Source: Lepidodermella squamata (taxonomy: Eukaryota; Animalia; Gastrotricha). Taken from it: a stretch of DNA of 64,000 bases. Below are positions 19,457 to 34,394 of this stretch, in pieces (positions within the stretch are counted from its first letter, which is position 1; every line of letters begins with the position of its first letter). The stretch spans positions 5,084,001-5,148,000 of the forward strand of contig JBLDXI010000024.1 in the NCBI GenBank assembly GCA_047495785.1, given 5' to 3'. The translations under genes were made by a program, and so were the position numbers. Below the pieces are notes generated by a model. It ran no database searches and was not told the origin of the DNA. It saw nothing but the letters and a program-made list of their open reading frames with translations.

Positions 19457-21641
19457 TGTCAGAAGTGGGGTTCGAACCCACGCCAGTAGAAACTGACTGC
19501 GACCTGAACGCAGCGCCTTGGACCGCTCGGCCATCCTGACGAGATGGTGGAATAGATTGCTGATATCCTGCAGACGGCATTTTGCAAAGCTAAGATATCG
19601 CAGAGCAAGTACAGCAAACAGCAAAGTCGTATAACTGTTGCCAATATAAAACTAGCCAGCTACGCCGATCGGGGTGTATCGTTTCTTAAACTGCTGAAGA
19701 AGCACTCAAGTCGCTATGCCCGAGTGGTTAAGGGGTCTGACTAGAAATCAGATGCGGTCTCCGCGCGTAGGTTCAAATCCTACTGGCGACGACAGTTATT
19801 TTTGCATTATAACGACTGAAACTCAGTTCTGCAGTTAGCCTCCAGAACAGTCCTCGCTTTCATCAGGCGTCAGTGGTGTAACGGTCAGCATGGTTGCCTT
19901 CCAAGCAGCCGATCCGGGTTCGACTCCCGGCTGACGCACACGTTTTTAGCTCACACGTTTGAAAGCAATTGCTAGTGACGAGATTAAAGCTGTCCTTCCC
20001 AAAACCAGCGTTCGAGAGGTCCCATGGTGTAGCGGTTAGCACTCTGGACTCTGAATCCAGCGACTCGAGTTCGATTCTCGATGGGACCTTGATACGTTTT
20101 TTCAAACAAACTTTCAGCTCACTCACTCTCAGCTGATGGAAACTTGTGATCGCAATATTTGTTACCATTCAAACCTTTTCTTTCACTAGCCTAGGGGGCA
20201 TAGCTCAGTGGTAGAGCGTCTCATTCGCATTGTGAAGGTCTCGGGTTCAATCCCCGATGCCTCCAGTTGGCAATTTTTTCGCGTAACCTCTCGAAGATTA
20301 GTTGCTATATCGGTGAAAGTGACCAGAAATTACGCTAAAAATGTGAAAATAGTGTCAGAAGTGGGGTTCGAACCCACCCCCTCTTTCGAGGACCAGATCT
20401 TGAGTCTGGCGCCTTAGACCGCTCGGCCATCCTGACCAGATGTAGCTACTCTGGGAAATTGTTGTAATCCATCCGAAAATATGAGAAATTTGGCCGTTTA
20501 AAGGGCGAGCGCATTGCATTGCCGCATCTATCGATAGGCGAAATGGCTATCGCGTCGGACTTCGGATCCGAAGATTGTGGGTTCGAGTCCCATCAGCGTC
20601 GGCTCTATTTTTGCTGGCCTTTTCTTTCGGCTGAGCTGTTATCATAGCAACAGAATTATCACTTGTCAAGCTGTCAAGAATAATCACAAGGGCCTTCCTA
20701 GCTCAGTCGGTAGAGCATGTGACTTTTAATCACAGGGTCGGGGGTTCGAGTCCCCCGGAGGGCGCAATATTTTTACCCAGGGTAACATGTTTATGGCATC
20801 GACCGGCTGCTAAGAAGACGAAGATCTCGAAGGGGGATTAGCTCAAATGGTAGAGCGCTCGCTTAGCATGCGAGAGGTAACGGGATCGACGCCCGTATCC
20901 TCCATATACTTTTTTCGGCAAGATAAAAAAGGCTGAAATGAGGAGACTGCGCTTGCGAAAATAAAGCAGTCAACCGCGGCTCAGTAGCTTAGTGGTAGAG
21001 CGTCTGCCTAGTAAGATGAAGATCGAGGGTTCGATCCCCCCCTGAGCCTGGTCTTGACACTTTTTGCAGCATTCGGAGGTCTTCCGTCCCTTTTATATAG
21101 CCATTTCATTCAGGATCAAAATTGGAAAGGCTAAAAGTGTTCCCTGACCGGGAATCGAACCCGGGCCGCCGCGGTGAAAGCGCGGAATCCTAACCACTAG
21201 ACCATCAGGGAGGTGCAAAATCCCTGTTGTATGCGTAAACTGTGAAGAACTCAAATTATCAACGTCATCGCACCTTCAGCAACTCTGTGCAAAAAATAGA
21301 ATGGGCCCGTTCGGGAATTGAACCCGAGACCTCTCGCACCCGAAGCGAGAATCATACCCCTAGACCAACGGGCCAACCTGACTTTACCCAATTGGCAACT
21401 GGCAACCAAAGACTTTATTAGAACGTCTCCAGCGTTTATGCAAAACATGCGATACGCCGAGACCCGGGATCGAACCAGGGACCTTTAGATCTTCAGTCTA
21501 ACGCTCTCCCAACTGAGCTATCTCGGCTGTTATTTACAGCAGTGCTAAAGTCGAAGCTTAACTTGTAGCTTAGCTAGGGAGCTCAATGCAGGCTGCTATG
21601 ACTTTGGCAGCAAATAAAAAACTGCGCTCCTGGGTGGGCTC

Positions 21642-21681
<40 letters not shown>

Positions 21682-22801
21682 AATTGCGCCACAGAAGCTG
21701 GCTAATCGCAGACTCGGCATCACCACTCAGCAATATGTAGCTTTTAACGCGAGCGTTGCCATGATCACGTTGTTGCCGTTACAGTTTGGCTGTAGCCGAG
21801 GTTAGATCGGCCTTCGCATAGAATATAAACAGAGCTGAACTGTCCTTCATCAATGATCCTCAGCCGCTTTAGCTCTGCCAACCCGCGATAGCTCAGCTGG
21901 TAGAGCGGAGGACTGTAGATGCAACGCAGCTATCCTTAGGTCGGTGGTTCAAGTCCGCCTCGCGGGATTGCATGGTTTTTCACTTTCGTTGGGTAGCAGC
22001 TTTTCATTCGTTCGTCAGTAAAAATGCGCTGATAGATGTGCAAAGGCCCGTTGGTCTAGGGGTATGATTCTCGCTTTGGGTGCGAGAGGTCTCGGGTTCA
22101 AATCCCGGACGGGCCCAAGCTTTTTGAGCTAATAGCTGAAGCGGCAGCATTACAAAAGGTGTTTGCCATAACCTTGAGCGCATGTAATGTTATCACAGCG
22201 GCATCGGTGGTTCAGTGGTAGAATTCTCGCCTGCCACGCGGGAGGCCCGGGTTCGATTCCCGGCCGATGCAAGCGACCCTGTTTTTTCATATCAGCTTCG
22301 ATGTGCATCAGGCAAATTATGAGCGCAGCAAAATTAAAAGCACTGACAATTCAAGACGCTTCAGTCATCCTTGGTAGTATAGTGGTTAGTATCCCCGCCT
22401 GTCACGCGGGAGACCAGGGTTCGATTCCCTGCCAAGGAGTCAGCTTTTTTAGTTGCGGCGCATAGGTTTCGAGCCAATTTTTTGAGAAAATTGCTAAAAA
22501 GTTGATTGCCGCCCGATGTGGGGCTCGAACCCACGACCCTGGGATTAAGAGTCCCATGCTCTACCGACTGAGCTAACCGGGCTGAGGCGCTATCAATTGC
22601 CTAAGCCGACAATTATGAAGCAGTTGACTGCTGGCGAATGTTGACTGCCATCAAAAATACTCGAGGCTGCCAGGAGTCGAACCTGGAATCTTCTGATCCG
22701 TAGTCAGACGCGTTGTCCATTGCGCCACAACCCCATTCGGTCGAAAGAAGGCTTGCAAGCGCTAATTAGCAGGCAGGAATGGGACTGAAGTGAAAAATGC
22801 A

Positions 22802-24593
22802 TGTCAGAAGTGGGATTCGAACCCACGCCAGTAGAAACTGACTGCGACCTGAACGCAGCGCCTTGGACCGCTCGGCCATCCTGACGAGATGGTGGAATAG
22901 ATTGCTGATATCCTGCAGACGGCATTTTGCAAAGCTAAGATATCGCAGAGCAAGTACAGCAAACAGCAAAGTCGTATAACTGTTGCCAATATAAAACTAG
23001 CCAGCTACGCCGATCGGGGTGTATCGTTTCTTAAACTGCTGAAGAAGCACTCAAGTCGCTATGCCCGAGTGGTTAAGGGGTCTGACTAGAAATCAGATGC
23101 GGTCTCCGCGCGTAGGTTCAAATCCTACTGGCGACGACAGTTATTTTTGCATTATAACGACTGAAACTCAGTTCTGCAGTTAGCCTCCAGAACAGTCCTC
23201 GCTTTCATCAGGCGTCAGTGGTGTAACGGTCAGCATGGTTGCCTTCCAAGCAGCCGATCCGGGTTCGACTCCCGGCTGACGCACACGTTTTTAGCTCACA
23301 CGTTTGAAAGCAATTGCTAGTGACGAGATTAAAGCTGTCCTTCCCAAAACCAGCGTTCGAGAGGTCCCATGGTGTAGCGGTTAGCACTCTGGACTCTGAA
23401 TCCAGCGACTCGAGTTCGATTCTCGATGGGACCTTGATACGTTTTTTCAAACAAACTTTCAGCTCACTCACTCTCAGCTGATGGAAACTTGCGATCGCAA
23501 TATTTGTTACCATTCAAACCTTTTCTTTCACTAGCCTAGGGGGCATAGCTCAGTGGTAGAGCGTCTCATTCGCATTGTGAAGGTCTCGGGTTCAATCCCC
23601 GATGCCTCCAGTTGGCAATTTTTTCGCGTAACCTCTCGAAGATTAGTTGCTATATCGGTGAAAGTGACCAGAAATTACGCTAAAAATGTGAAAATAGTGT
23701 CAGAAGTGGGGTTCGAACCCACGCCAGTAGAAACTGACTGCGACCTGAACGCAGCGCCTTGGACCGCTCGGCCATCCTGACGAGATGGTGGAATAGATTG
23801 CTGATATCCTGCAGACGGCATTTTGCAAAGCTAAGATATCGCAGAGCAAGTACAGCAAACAGCAAAGTCGTATAACTGTTGCCAATATAAAACTAGCCAG
23901 CTACGCCGATCGGGGTGTATCGTTTCTTAAACTGCTGAAGAAGCACTCAAGTCGCTATGCCCGAGTGGTTAAGGGGTCTGACTAGAAATCAGATGCGGTC
24001 TCCGCGCGTAGGTTCAAATCCTACTGGCGACGACAGTTATTTTTGCATTATAACGACTGAAACTCAGTTCTGCAGTTAGCCTCCAGAACAGTCCTCGCTT
24101 TCATCAGGCGTCAGTGGTGTAACGGTCAGCATGGTTGCCTTCCAAGCAGCCGATCCGGGTTCGACTCCCGGCTGACGCACACGTTTTTAGCTCACACGTT
24201 TGAAAGCAATTGCTAGTGACGAGATTAAAGCTGTCCTTCCCAAAACCAGCGTTCGAGAGGTCCCATGGTGTAGCGGTTAGCACTCTGGACTCTGAATCCA
24301 GCGACTCGAGTTCGATTCTCGATGGGACCTTGATACGTTTTTTCAAACAAACTTTCAGCTCACTCACTCTCAGCTGATGGAAACTTGCGATCGCAATATT
24401 TGTTACCATTCAAACCTTTTCTTTCACTAGCCTAGGGGGCATAGCTCAGTGGTAGAGCGTCTCATTCGCATTGTGAAGGTCTCGGGTTCAATCCCCGATG
24501 CCTCCAGTTGGCAATTTATTCGCGTAACCTCTCGAAGATTAGTTGCTATATCGGTGAAAGTGACCAGAAATTACGCTAAAAATGTGAAAATAG
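22802..24593. repeat. Two tandem 896-bp sub-units
   Basis: Leu-CAG left ends at 22802, 23698, 24594. Confidence 0.95.
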
Positions 24594-26778
24594 TGTCAGA
24601 AGTGGGGTTCGAACCCACGCCAGTAGAAACTGACTGCGACCTGAACGCAGCGCCTTGGACCGCTCGGCCATCCTGACGAGATGGTGGAATAGATTGCTGA
24701 TATCCTGCAGACGGCATTTTGCAAAGCTAAGATATCGCAGAGCAAGTACAGCAAACAGCAAAGTCGTATAACTGTTGCCAATATAAAACTAGCCAGCTAC
24801 GCCGATCGGGGTGTATCGTTTCTTAAACTGCTGAAGAAGCACTCAAGTCGCTATGCCCGAGTGGTTAAGGGGTCTGACTAGAAATCAGATGCGGTCTCCG
24901 CGCGTAGGTTCAAATCCTACTGGCGACGACAGTTATTTTTGCATTATAACGACTGAAACTCAGTTCTGCAGTTAGCCTCCAGAACAGTCCTCGCTTTCAT
25001 CAGGCGTCAGTGGTGTAACGGTCAGCATGGTTGCCTTCCAAGCAGCCGATCCGGGTTCGACTCCCGGCTGACGCACACGTTTTTAGCTCACACGTTTGAA
25101 AGCAATTGCTAGTGACGAGATTAAAGCTGTCCTTCCCAAAACCAGCGTTCGAGAGGTCCCATGGTGTAGCGGTTAGCACTCTGGACTCTGAATCCAGCGA
25201 CTCGAGTTCGATTCTCGATGGGACCTTGATACGTTTTTTCAAACAAACTTTCAGCTCACTCACTCTCAGCTGATGGAAACTTGCGATCGCAATATTTGTT
25301 ACCATTCAAACCTTTTCTTTCACTAGCCTAGGGGGCATAGCTCAGTGGTAGAGCGTCTCATTCGCATTGTGAAGGTCTCGGGTTCAATCCCCGATGCCTC
25401 CAGTTGGCAATTTTTTCGCGTAACCTCTCGAAGATTAGTTGCTATATCGGTGAAAGTGACCAGAAATTACGCTAAAAATGTGAAAATAGTGTCAGAAGTG
25501 GGGTTCGAACCCACGCCCTCTTTCGAGGACCAGATCTTGAGTCTGGCGCCTTAGACCGCTCGGCCATCCTGACCAGATGTAGCTACTCTGGGAAATTGTT
25601 GTAATCCATCCGAAAATATGAGAACTTTGGCCGTTTAAAGGGCGAGCGCATTGCATTGCCGCATCTATCGATAGGCGAAATGGCTATCGCGTCGGACTTC
25701 GGATCCGAAGATTGTGGGTTCGAGTCCCATCAGCGTCGGCTCTATTTTTGCTGGCCTTTTCTTTCGGCTGAGCTGTTATCATAGCAACAGAATTATCACT
25801 TGTCAAGCTGTCAAGAATAATCACAAGGGCCTTCCTAGCTCAGTCGGTAGAGCATGTGACTTTTAATCACAGGGTCGGGGGTTCGAGTCCCCCGGAGGGC
25901 GCAATATTTTTACCCAGGGTAACATGTTTATGGCATCGACCGGCTGCTAAGAAGACGAAGATCTCGAAGGGGGATTAGCTCAAATGGTAGAGCGCTCGCT
26001 TAGCATGCGAGAGGTAACGGGATCGACGCCCGTATCCTCCATATACTTTTTTCGGCAAGATAAAAAAGGCTGAAATGAGGAGACTGCGCTTGCGAAAATA
26101 AAGCAGTCAACCGCGGCTCAGTAGCTTAGTGGTAGAGCGTCTGCCTAGTAAGCAGAAGATCGAGGGTTCGATCCCCCCCTGAGCCTGGTCTTGACACTTT
26201 TTGCAGCATTCGGAGGTCTTCCGTCCCTTTTATATAGCCATTTCATTCAGGATCAAAATTGGAAAGGCTAAAAGTGTTCCCTGACCGGGAATCGAACCCG
26301 GGCCGCCGCGGTGAAAGCGCGGAATCCTAACCACTAGACCATCAGGGAGGTGCAAAATCCCTGTTGTATGCGTAAACTGTGAAGAACTCAAATTATCAAC
26401 GTCATCGCACCTTCAGCAACTCTGTGCAAAAAATAGAATGGGCCCGTTCGGGAATTGAACCCGAGACCTCTCGCACCCGAAGCGAGAATCATACCCCTAG
26501 ACCAACGGGCCAACCTGACTTTACCCAATTGGCAACTGGCAACCAAAGACTTTATTAGAACGTCTCCAGCGTTTATGCAAAACATGCGATACGCCGAGAC
26601 CCGGGATCGAACCAGGGACCTTTAGATCTTCAGTCTAACGCTCTCCCAACTGAGCTATCTCGGCTGTTATTTACAGCAGTGCTAAAGTCGAAGCTTAACT
26701 TGTAGCTTAGCTAGGGAGCTCAATGCAGGCTGCTATGACTTTGGCAGCAAATAAAAAACTGCGCTCCTGGGTGGGCTC

Positions 26779-26818
<40 letters not shown>

Positions 26819-27938
26819 AATTGCGCCACAGAAGCTGGCTAATCGCAGACTCGGCATCACCACTCAGCAATATGTAGCTTTTAACGCGAGCGTTGCCATG
26901 ATCACGTTGTTGCCGTTACAGTTTGGCTGTAGCCGAGGTTAGATCGGCCTTCGCATAGAATATAAACAGAGCTGAACTGTCCTTCATCAATGATCCTCAG
27001 CCGCTTTAGCTCTGCCAACCCGCGATAGCTCAGCTGGTAGAGCGGAGGACTGTAGATGCAACGCAGCTATCCTTAGGTCGGTGGTTCAAGTCCGCCTCGC
27101 GGGATTGCATGGTTTTTCACTTTCGTTGGGTAGCAGCTTTTCATTCGTTCGTCAGTAAAAATGCGCTGATAGATGTGCAAAGGCCCGTTGGTCTAGGGGT
27201 ATGATTCTCGCTTTGGGTGCGAGAGGTCTCGGGTTCAAATCCCGGACGGGCCCAAGCTTTTTGAGCTAATAGCTGAAGCGGCAGCATTACAAAAGGTGTT
27301 TGCCATAACCTTGAGCGCATGTAATGTTATCACAGCGGCATCGGTGGTTCAGTGGTAGAATTCTCGCCTGCCACGCGGGAGGCCCGGGTTCGATTCCCGG
27401 CCGATGCAAGCGACCCTGTTTTTTCATATCAGCTTCGATGTGCATCAGGCAAATTATGAGCGCAGCAAAATTAAAAGCACTGACAATTCAAGACGCTTCA
27501 GTCATCCTTGGTAGTATAGTGGTTAGTATCCCCGCCTGTCACGCGGGAGACCAGGGTTCGATTCCCTGCCAAGGAGTCAGCTTTTTTAGTTGCGGCGCAT
27601 AGGTTTCGAGCCAATTTTTTGAGAAAATTGCTAAAAAGTTGATTGCCGCCCGATGTGGGGCTCGAACCCACGACCCTGGGATTAAGAGTCCCATGCTCTA
27701 CCGACTGAGCTAACCGGGCTGAGGCGCTATCAATTGCCTAAGCCGACAATTATGAAGCAGTTGACTGCTGGCGAATGTTGACTGCCATCAAAAATACTCG
27801 AGGCTGCCAGGAGTCGAACCTGGAATCTTCTGATCCGTAGTCAGACGCGTTGTCCATTGCGCCACAACCCCATTCGGTCGAAAGAAGGCTTGCAAGCGCT
27901 AATTAGCAGGCAGGAATGGGACTGAAGTGAAAAATGCA

Positions 27939-28834
27939 TGTCAGAAGTGGGATTCGAACCCACGCCAGTAGAAACTGACTGCGACCTGAACGCAGCGCCT
28001 TGGACCGCTCGGCCATCCTGACGAGATGGTGGAATAGATTGCTGATATCCTGCAGACGGCATTTTGCAAAGCTAAGATATCGCAGAGCAAGTACAGCAAA
28101 CAGCAAAGTCGTATAACTGTTGCCAATATAAAACTAGCCAGCTACGCCGATCGGGGTGTATCGTTTCTTAAACTGCTGAAGAAGCACTCAAGTCGCTATG
28201 CCCGAGTGGTTAAGGGGTCTGACTAGAAATCAGATGCGGTCTCCGCGCGTAGGTTCAAATCCTACTGGCGACGACAGTTATTTTTGCATTATAACGACTG
28301 AAACTCAGTTCTGCAGTTAGCCTCCAGAACAGTCCTCGCTTTCATCAGGCGTCAGTGGTGTAACGGTCAGCATGGTTGCCTTCCAAGCAGCCGATCCGGG
28401 TTCGACTCCCGGCTGACGCACACGTTTTTAGCTCACACGTTTGAAAGCAATTGCTAGTGACGAGATTAAAGCTGTCCTTCCCAAAACCAGCGTTCGAGAG
28501 GTCCCATGGTGTAGCGGTTAGCACTCTGGACTCTGAATCCAGCGACTCGAGTTCGATTCTCGATGGGACCTTGATACGTTTTTTCAAACAAACTTTCAGC
28601 TCACTCACTCTCAGCTGATGGAAACTTGCGATCGCAATATTTGTTACCATTCAAACCTTTTCTTTCACTAGCCTAGGGGGCATAGCTCAGTGGTAGAGCG
28701 TCTCATTCGCATTGTGAAGGTCTCGGGTTCAATCCCCGATGCCTCCAGTTGGCAATTTATTCGCGTAACCTCTCGAAGATTAGTTGCTATATCGGTGAAA
28801 GTGACCAGAAATTACGCTAAAAATGTGAAAATAG
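27939..28834. repeat. Single 896-bp sub-unit
   Basis: Leu-CAG left ends at 27939 and 28835. Confidence 0.95.
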
Positions 28835-31010
28835 TGTCAGAAGTGGGGTTCGAACCCACGCCAGTAGAAACTGACTGCGACCTGAACGCAGCGCCTTGGA
28901 CCGCTCGGCCATCCTGACGAGATGGTGGAATAGATTGCTGATATCCTGCAGACGGCATTTTGCAAAGCTAAGATATCGCAGAGCAAGTACAGCAAACAGC
29001 AAAGTCGTATAACTGTTGCCAATATAAAACTAGCCAGCTACGCCGATCGGGGTGTATCGTTTCTTAAACTGCTGAAGAAGCACTCAAGTCGCTATGCCCG
29101 AGTGGTTAAGGGGTCTGACTAGAAATCAGATGCGGTCTCCGCGCGTAGGTTCAAATCCTACTGGCGACGACAGTTATTTTTGCATTATAACGACTGAAAC
29201 TCAGTTCTGCAGTTAGCCTCCAGAACAGTCCTCGCTTTCATCAGGCGTCAGTGGTGTAACGGTCAGCATGGTTGCCTTCCAAGCAGCCGATCCGGGTTCG
29301 ACTCCCGGCTGACGCACACGTTTTTAGCTCACACGTTTGAAAGCAATTGCTAGTGACGAGATTAAAGCTGTCCTTCCCAAAACCAGCGTTCGAGAGGTCC
29401 CATGGTGTAGCGGTTAGCACTCTGGACTCTGAATCCAGCGACTCGAGTTCGATTCTCGATGGGACCTTGATACGTTTTTTCAAACAAACTTTCAGCTCAC
29501 TCACTCTCAGCTGATGGAAACTTGCGATCGCAATATTTGTTACCATTCAAACCTTTTCTTTCACTAGCCTAGGGGGCATAGCTCAGTGGTAGAGCGTCTC
29601 ATTCGCATTGTGAAGGTCTCGGGTTCAATCCCCGATGCCTCCAGTTGGCAATTTTTTCGCGTAACCTCTCGAAGATTAGTTGCTATATCGGTGAAAGTGA
29701 CCAGAAATTACGCTAAAAATGTGAAAATAGTGTCAGAAGTGGGGTTCGAACCCACGCCCTCTTTCGAGGACCAGATCTTGAGTCTGGCGCCTTAGACCGC
29801 TCGGCCATCCTGACCAGATGTAGCTACTCTGGGAAATTGTTGTAATCCATCCGAAAATATGAGAACTTTGGCCGTTTAAAGGGCGAGCGCATTGCATTGC
29901 CGCATCTATCGATAGGCGAAATGGCTATCGCGTCGGACTTCGGATCCGAAGATTGTGGGTTCGAGTCCCATCAGCGTCGGCTCTATTTTTGCTGGCCTTT
30001 TCTTTCGGCTGAGCTGTTATCATAGCAACAGAATTATCACTTGTCAAGCTGTCAAGAATAATCACAAGGGCCTTCCTAGCTCAGTCGGTAGAGCATGTGA
30101 CTTTTAATCACAGGGTCGGGGGTTCGAGTCCCCCGGAGGGCGCAATATTTTTACCCAGGGAAACATGTTTATGGCATCGACCGGCTGCTAAGAAGACGAA
30201 GATCTCGAAGGGGGATTAGCTCAAATGGTAGAGCGCTCGCTTAGCATGCGAGAGGTAACGGGATCGACGCCCGTATCCTCCATATACTTTTTTCGGCAAG
30301 ATAAAAAAGGCTGAAATGAGGAGACTGCGCTTGCGAAAATAAAGCAGTCAACCGCGGCTCAGTAGCTTAGTGGTAGAGCGTCTGCCTAGTAAGATGAAGA
30401 TCGAGGGTTCGATCCCCCCCTGAGCCTGGTCTTGACACTTTTTGCAGCATTCGGAGGTCTTCCGTCCCTTTTATATAGCCATTTCATTCAGGATCAAAAT
30501 TGGAAAGGCTAAAAGTGTTCCCTGACCGGGAATCGAACCCGGGCCGCCGCGGTGAAAGCGCGGAATCCTAACCACTAGACCATCAGGGAGGTGCAAAATC
30601 CCTGTTGTATGCGTAAACTGTGAAGAACTCAAATTATCAACGTCATCGCACCTTCAGCAACTCTGTGCAAAAAATAGAATGGGCCCGTTCGGGAATTGAA
30701 CCCGAGACCTCTCGCACCCGAAGCGAGAATCATACCCCTAGACCAACGGGCCAACCTGACTTTACCCAATTGGCAACTGGCAACCAAAGACTTTATTAGA
30801 ACGTCTCCAGCGTTTATGCAAAACATGCGATACGCCGAGACCCGGGATCGAACCAGGGACCTTTAGATCTTCAGTCTAACGCTCTCCCAACTGAGCTATC
30901 TCGGCTGTTATTTACAGCAGTGCTAAAGTCGAAGCTTAACTTGTAGCTTAGCTAGGGAGCTCAATGCAGACTTTGGCAGCAAATAAAAAACTGCGCTCCT
31001 GGGTGGGCTC

Positions 31011-31050
<40 letters not shown>

Positions 31051-34000
31051 AATTGCGCCACAGAAGCTGGCTAATCGCAGACTCGGCATCACCACTCAGC
31101 AATATGTAGCTTTTAACGCGAGCGTTGCCATGATCACGTTGTTGCCGTTACAGTTTGGCTGTAGCCGAGGTTAGATCGGCCTTCGCATAGAATATAAACA
31201 GAGCTGAACTGTCCTTCATCAATGATCCTCAGCCGCTTTAGCTCTGCCAACCCGCGATAGCTCAGCTGGTAGAGCGGAGGACTGTAGATGCAACGCAGCT
31301 ATCCTTAGGTCGGTGGTTCAAGTCCGCCTCGCGGGATTGCATGGTTTTTCACTTTCGTTGGGTAGCAGCTTTTCATTCGTTCGTCAGTAAAAATGCGCTG
31401 ATAGATGTGCAAAGGCCCGTTGGTCTAGGGGTATGATTCTCGCTTTGGGTGCGAGAGGTCTCGGGTTCAAATCCCGGACGGGCCCAAGCTTTTTGAGCTA
31501 ATAGCTGAAGCGGCAGCATTACAAAAGGTGTTTGCCATAACCTTGAGCGCATGTAATGTTATCACAGCGGCATCGGTGGTTCAGTGGTAGAATTCTCGCC
31601 TGCCACGCGGGAGGCCCGGGTTCGATTCCCGGCCGATGCAAGCGACCCTGTTTTTTCATATCAGCTTCGATGTGCATCAGGCAAATTATGAGCGCAGCAA
31701 AATCAAAAGCACTGACAATTCAAGACGCTACAGTCATCCTTGGTAGTATAGTGGTTAGTATCCCCGCCTGTCACGCGGGAGACCAGGGTTCGATTCCCTG
31801 CCAAGGAGTCAGCTTTTTTAGTTGCGGCGCATATATTTCGAGCCAATTTTTTGAGAAAATTGCTAAAAAGTTGATTGCCGCCCGATGTGGGGCTCGAACC
31901 CACGACCCTGGGATTAAGAGTCCCATGCTCTACCGACTGAGCTAACCGGGCTGAGGCGCTATCAATTGCCTAAGCCGACAATTATGAAGCAGTTGACTGC
32001 TGGCGAATGTTGACTGCCATCAAAAATACTCGAGGCTGCCAGGAGTCGAACCTGGAATCTTCTGATCCGTAGTCAGACGCGTTGTCCATTGCGCCACAAC
32101 CCCATTCGGTCGAAAGAAGGCTTGCAAGCGCTAATTAGCAGGCAGGAATGGGACTGAAGTGAAAAATGCATGTCAGAAGTGGGATTCGAACCCACGCCAG
32201 TAGAAACTGACTGCGACCTGAACGCAGCGCCTTGGACCGCTCGGCCATCCTGACGAGATGGTGGAATAGATTGCTGATATCCTGCAGACGGCATTTTGCA
32301 AAGCTAAGATATCGCAGAGCAAGTACAGCAAACAGCAAAGTCGTATAACTGTTGCCAATATAAAACTAGCCAGCTACGCCGATCGGGGTGTATCGTTTCT
32401 TAAACTGCTGAAGAAGCACTCAAGTCGCTATGCCCGAGTGGTTAAGGGGTCTGACTAGAAATCAGATGCGGTCTCCGCGCGTAGGTTCAAATCCTACTGG
32501 CGACGACAGTTATTTTTGCATTATAACGACTGAAACTCAGTTCTGCAGTTAGCCTCCAGAACAGTCCTCGCTTTCATCAGGCGTCAGTGGTGTAACGGTC
32601 AGCATGGTTGCCTTCCAAGCAGCCGATCCGGGTTCGACTCCCGGCTGACGCACACGTTTTTAGCTCACACGTTTGAAAGCAATTGCTAGTGACGAGATTA
32701 AAGCTGTCCTTCCCAAAACCAGCGTTCGAGAGGTCCCATGGTGTAGCGGTTAGCACTCTGGACTCTGAATCCAGCGACTCGAGTTCGATTCTCGATGGGA
32801 CCTTGATACGTTTTTTCAAACAAACTTTCAGCTCACTCACTCTCAGCTGATGGAAACTTGCGATCGCAATATTTGTTACCATTCAAACCTTTTCTTTCAC
32901 TAGCCTAGGGGCATAGCTCAGTGGTAGAGCGTCTCATTCGCATTGTGAAGGTCTCGGGTTCAATCCCCGATGCCTCCAGTTGGCAATTTTTTCGCGTAAC
33001 CTCTCGAAGATTAGTTGCTATATCGGTGAAAGTGACCAGAAATTACGCTAAAAATGTGAAAATAGTGTCAGAAGTGGGGTTCGAACCCACGCCCTCTTTC
33101 GAGGACCAGATCTTGAGTCTGGCGCCTTAGACCGCTCGGCCATCCTGACCAGATGTAGCTACTCTGGGAAATTGTTGTAATCCATCCGAAAATATGAGAA
33201 ATTTGGCCGTTTAAAGGGCGAGCGCATTGCATTGCCGCATCTAACGATAGGCGAAATGGCTATCGCGTCGGCATTCGGATCCGAAGATTGTGGGTTCGAG
33301 TCCCATCAGCGTCGGCTCTATTTTTGCTGGCCTTTTCTTTCGGCTGAGCTGTTATCATAGCAACAGAATTATCACTTGTCAAGCTGTCAAGAATAATCAC
33401 AAGGGCCTTCCTAGCTCAGTCGGTAGAGCATGTGACTTTTAATCACAGGGTCGGGGGTTCGAGTCCCCCGGAGGGCGCAATATTTTTACCCAGGGTAACA
33501 TGTTTATGGCATCGACCGGCTGCTAAGAAGACGAAGATCTCGAAGGGGGATTAGCTCAAATGGTAGAGCGCTCGCTTAGCATGCGAGAGGTAACGGGATC
33601 GACGCCCGTATCCTCCATATACTTTTTTCGGCAAGATAAAAAAGGCTGAAATGAGGAGACTGCGCTTGCGAAAATAAAGCAGTCAACCGCGGCTCAGTAG
33701 CTTAGTGGTAGAGCGTCTGCCTAGTAAGATGAAGATCGAGGGTTCGATCCCCCCCTGAGCCTGGTCTTGACACTTTTTGCAGCATTCGGAGGTCTTCCGT
33801 CCCTTTTATATAGCCATTTCATTCAGGATCAAAATTGGAAAGGCTAAAAGTGTTCCCTGACCGGGAATCGAACCCGGGCCGCCGCGGTGAAAGCGCGGAA
33901 TCCTAACCACTAGACCATCAGGGAGGTGCAAAATCCCTGTTGTATGCGTAAACTGTGAAGAACTCAAATTATCAACGTCATCGCACCTTCAGCAACTCTG

Positions 34001-34354
34001 TGCAAAAAATAGAATGGGCCCGTTCGGGAATTGAACCCGAGACCTCTCGCACCCGAAGCGAGAATCATACCCCTAGACCAACGGGCCAACCTGACTTTAC
34101 CCAATTGGCAACTGGCAACCAAAGACTTTATTAGAACGTCTCCAGCGTTTATGCAAAACATGCGATACGCCGAGACCCGGGATCGAACCAGGGACCTTTA
34201 GATCTTCAGTCTAACGCTCTCCCAACTGAGCTATCTCGGCTGTTATTTACAGCAGTGCTAAAGTCGAAGCTTAACTTGTAGCTTAGCTAGGGAGCTCAAT
34301 GCAGGCTGCTATGACTTTGGCAGCAAATAAAAAACTGCGCTCCTGGGTGGGCTC

Positions 34355-34394
<40 letters not shown>

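Noticed and set aside
32908-32911. Ala-CGC copy with one fewer 5' G, and Thr copy at 43317 with one fewer C
   Set aside because: These are single-base changes in homopolymers, each seen once, and cannot be told apart from long-read consensus error.
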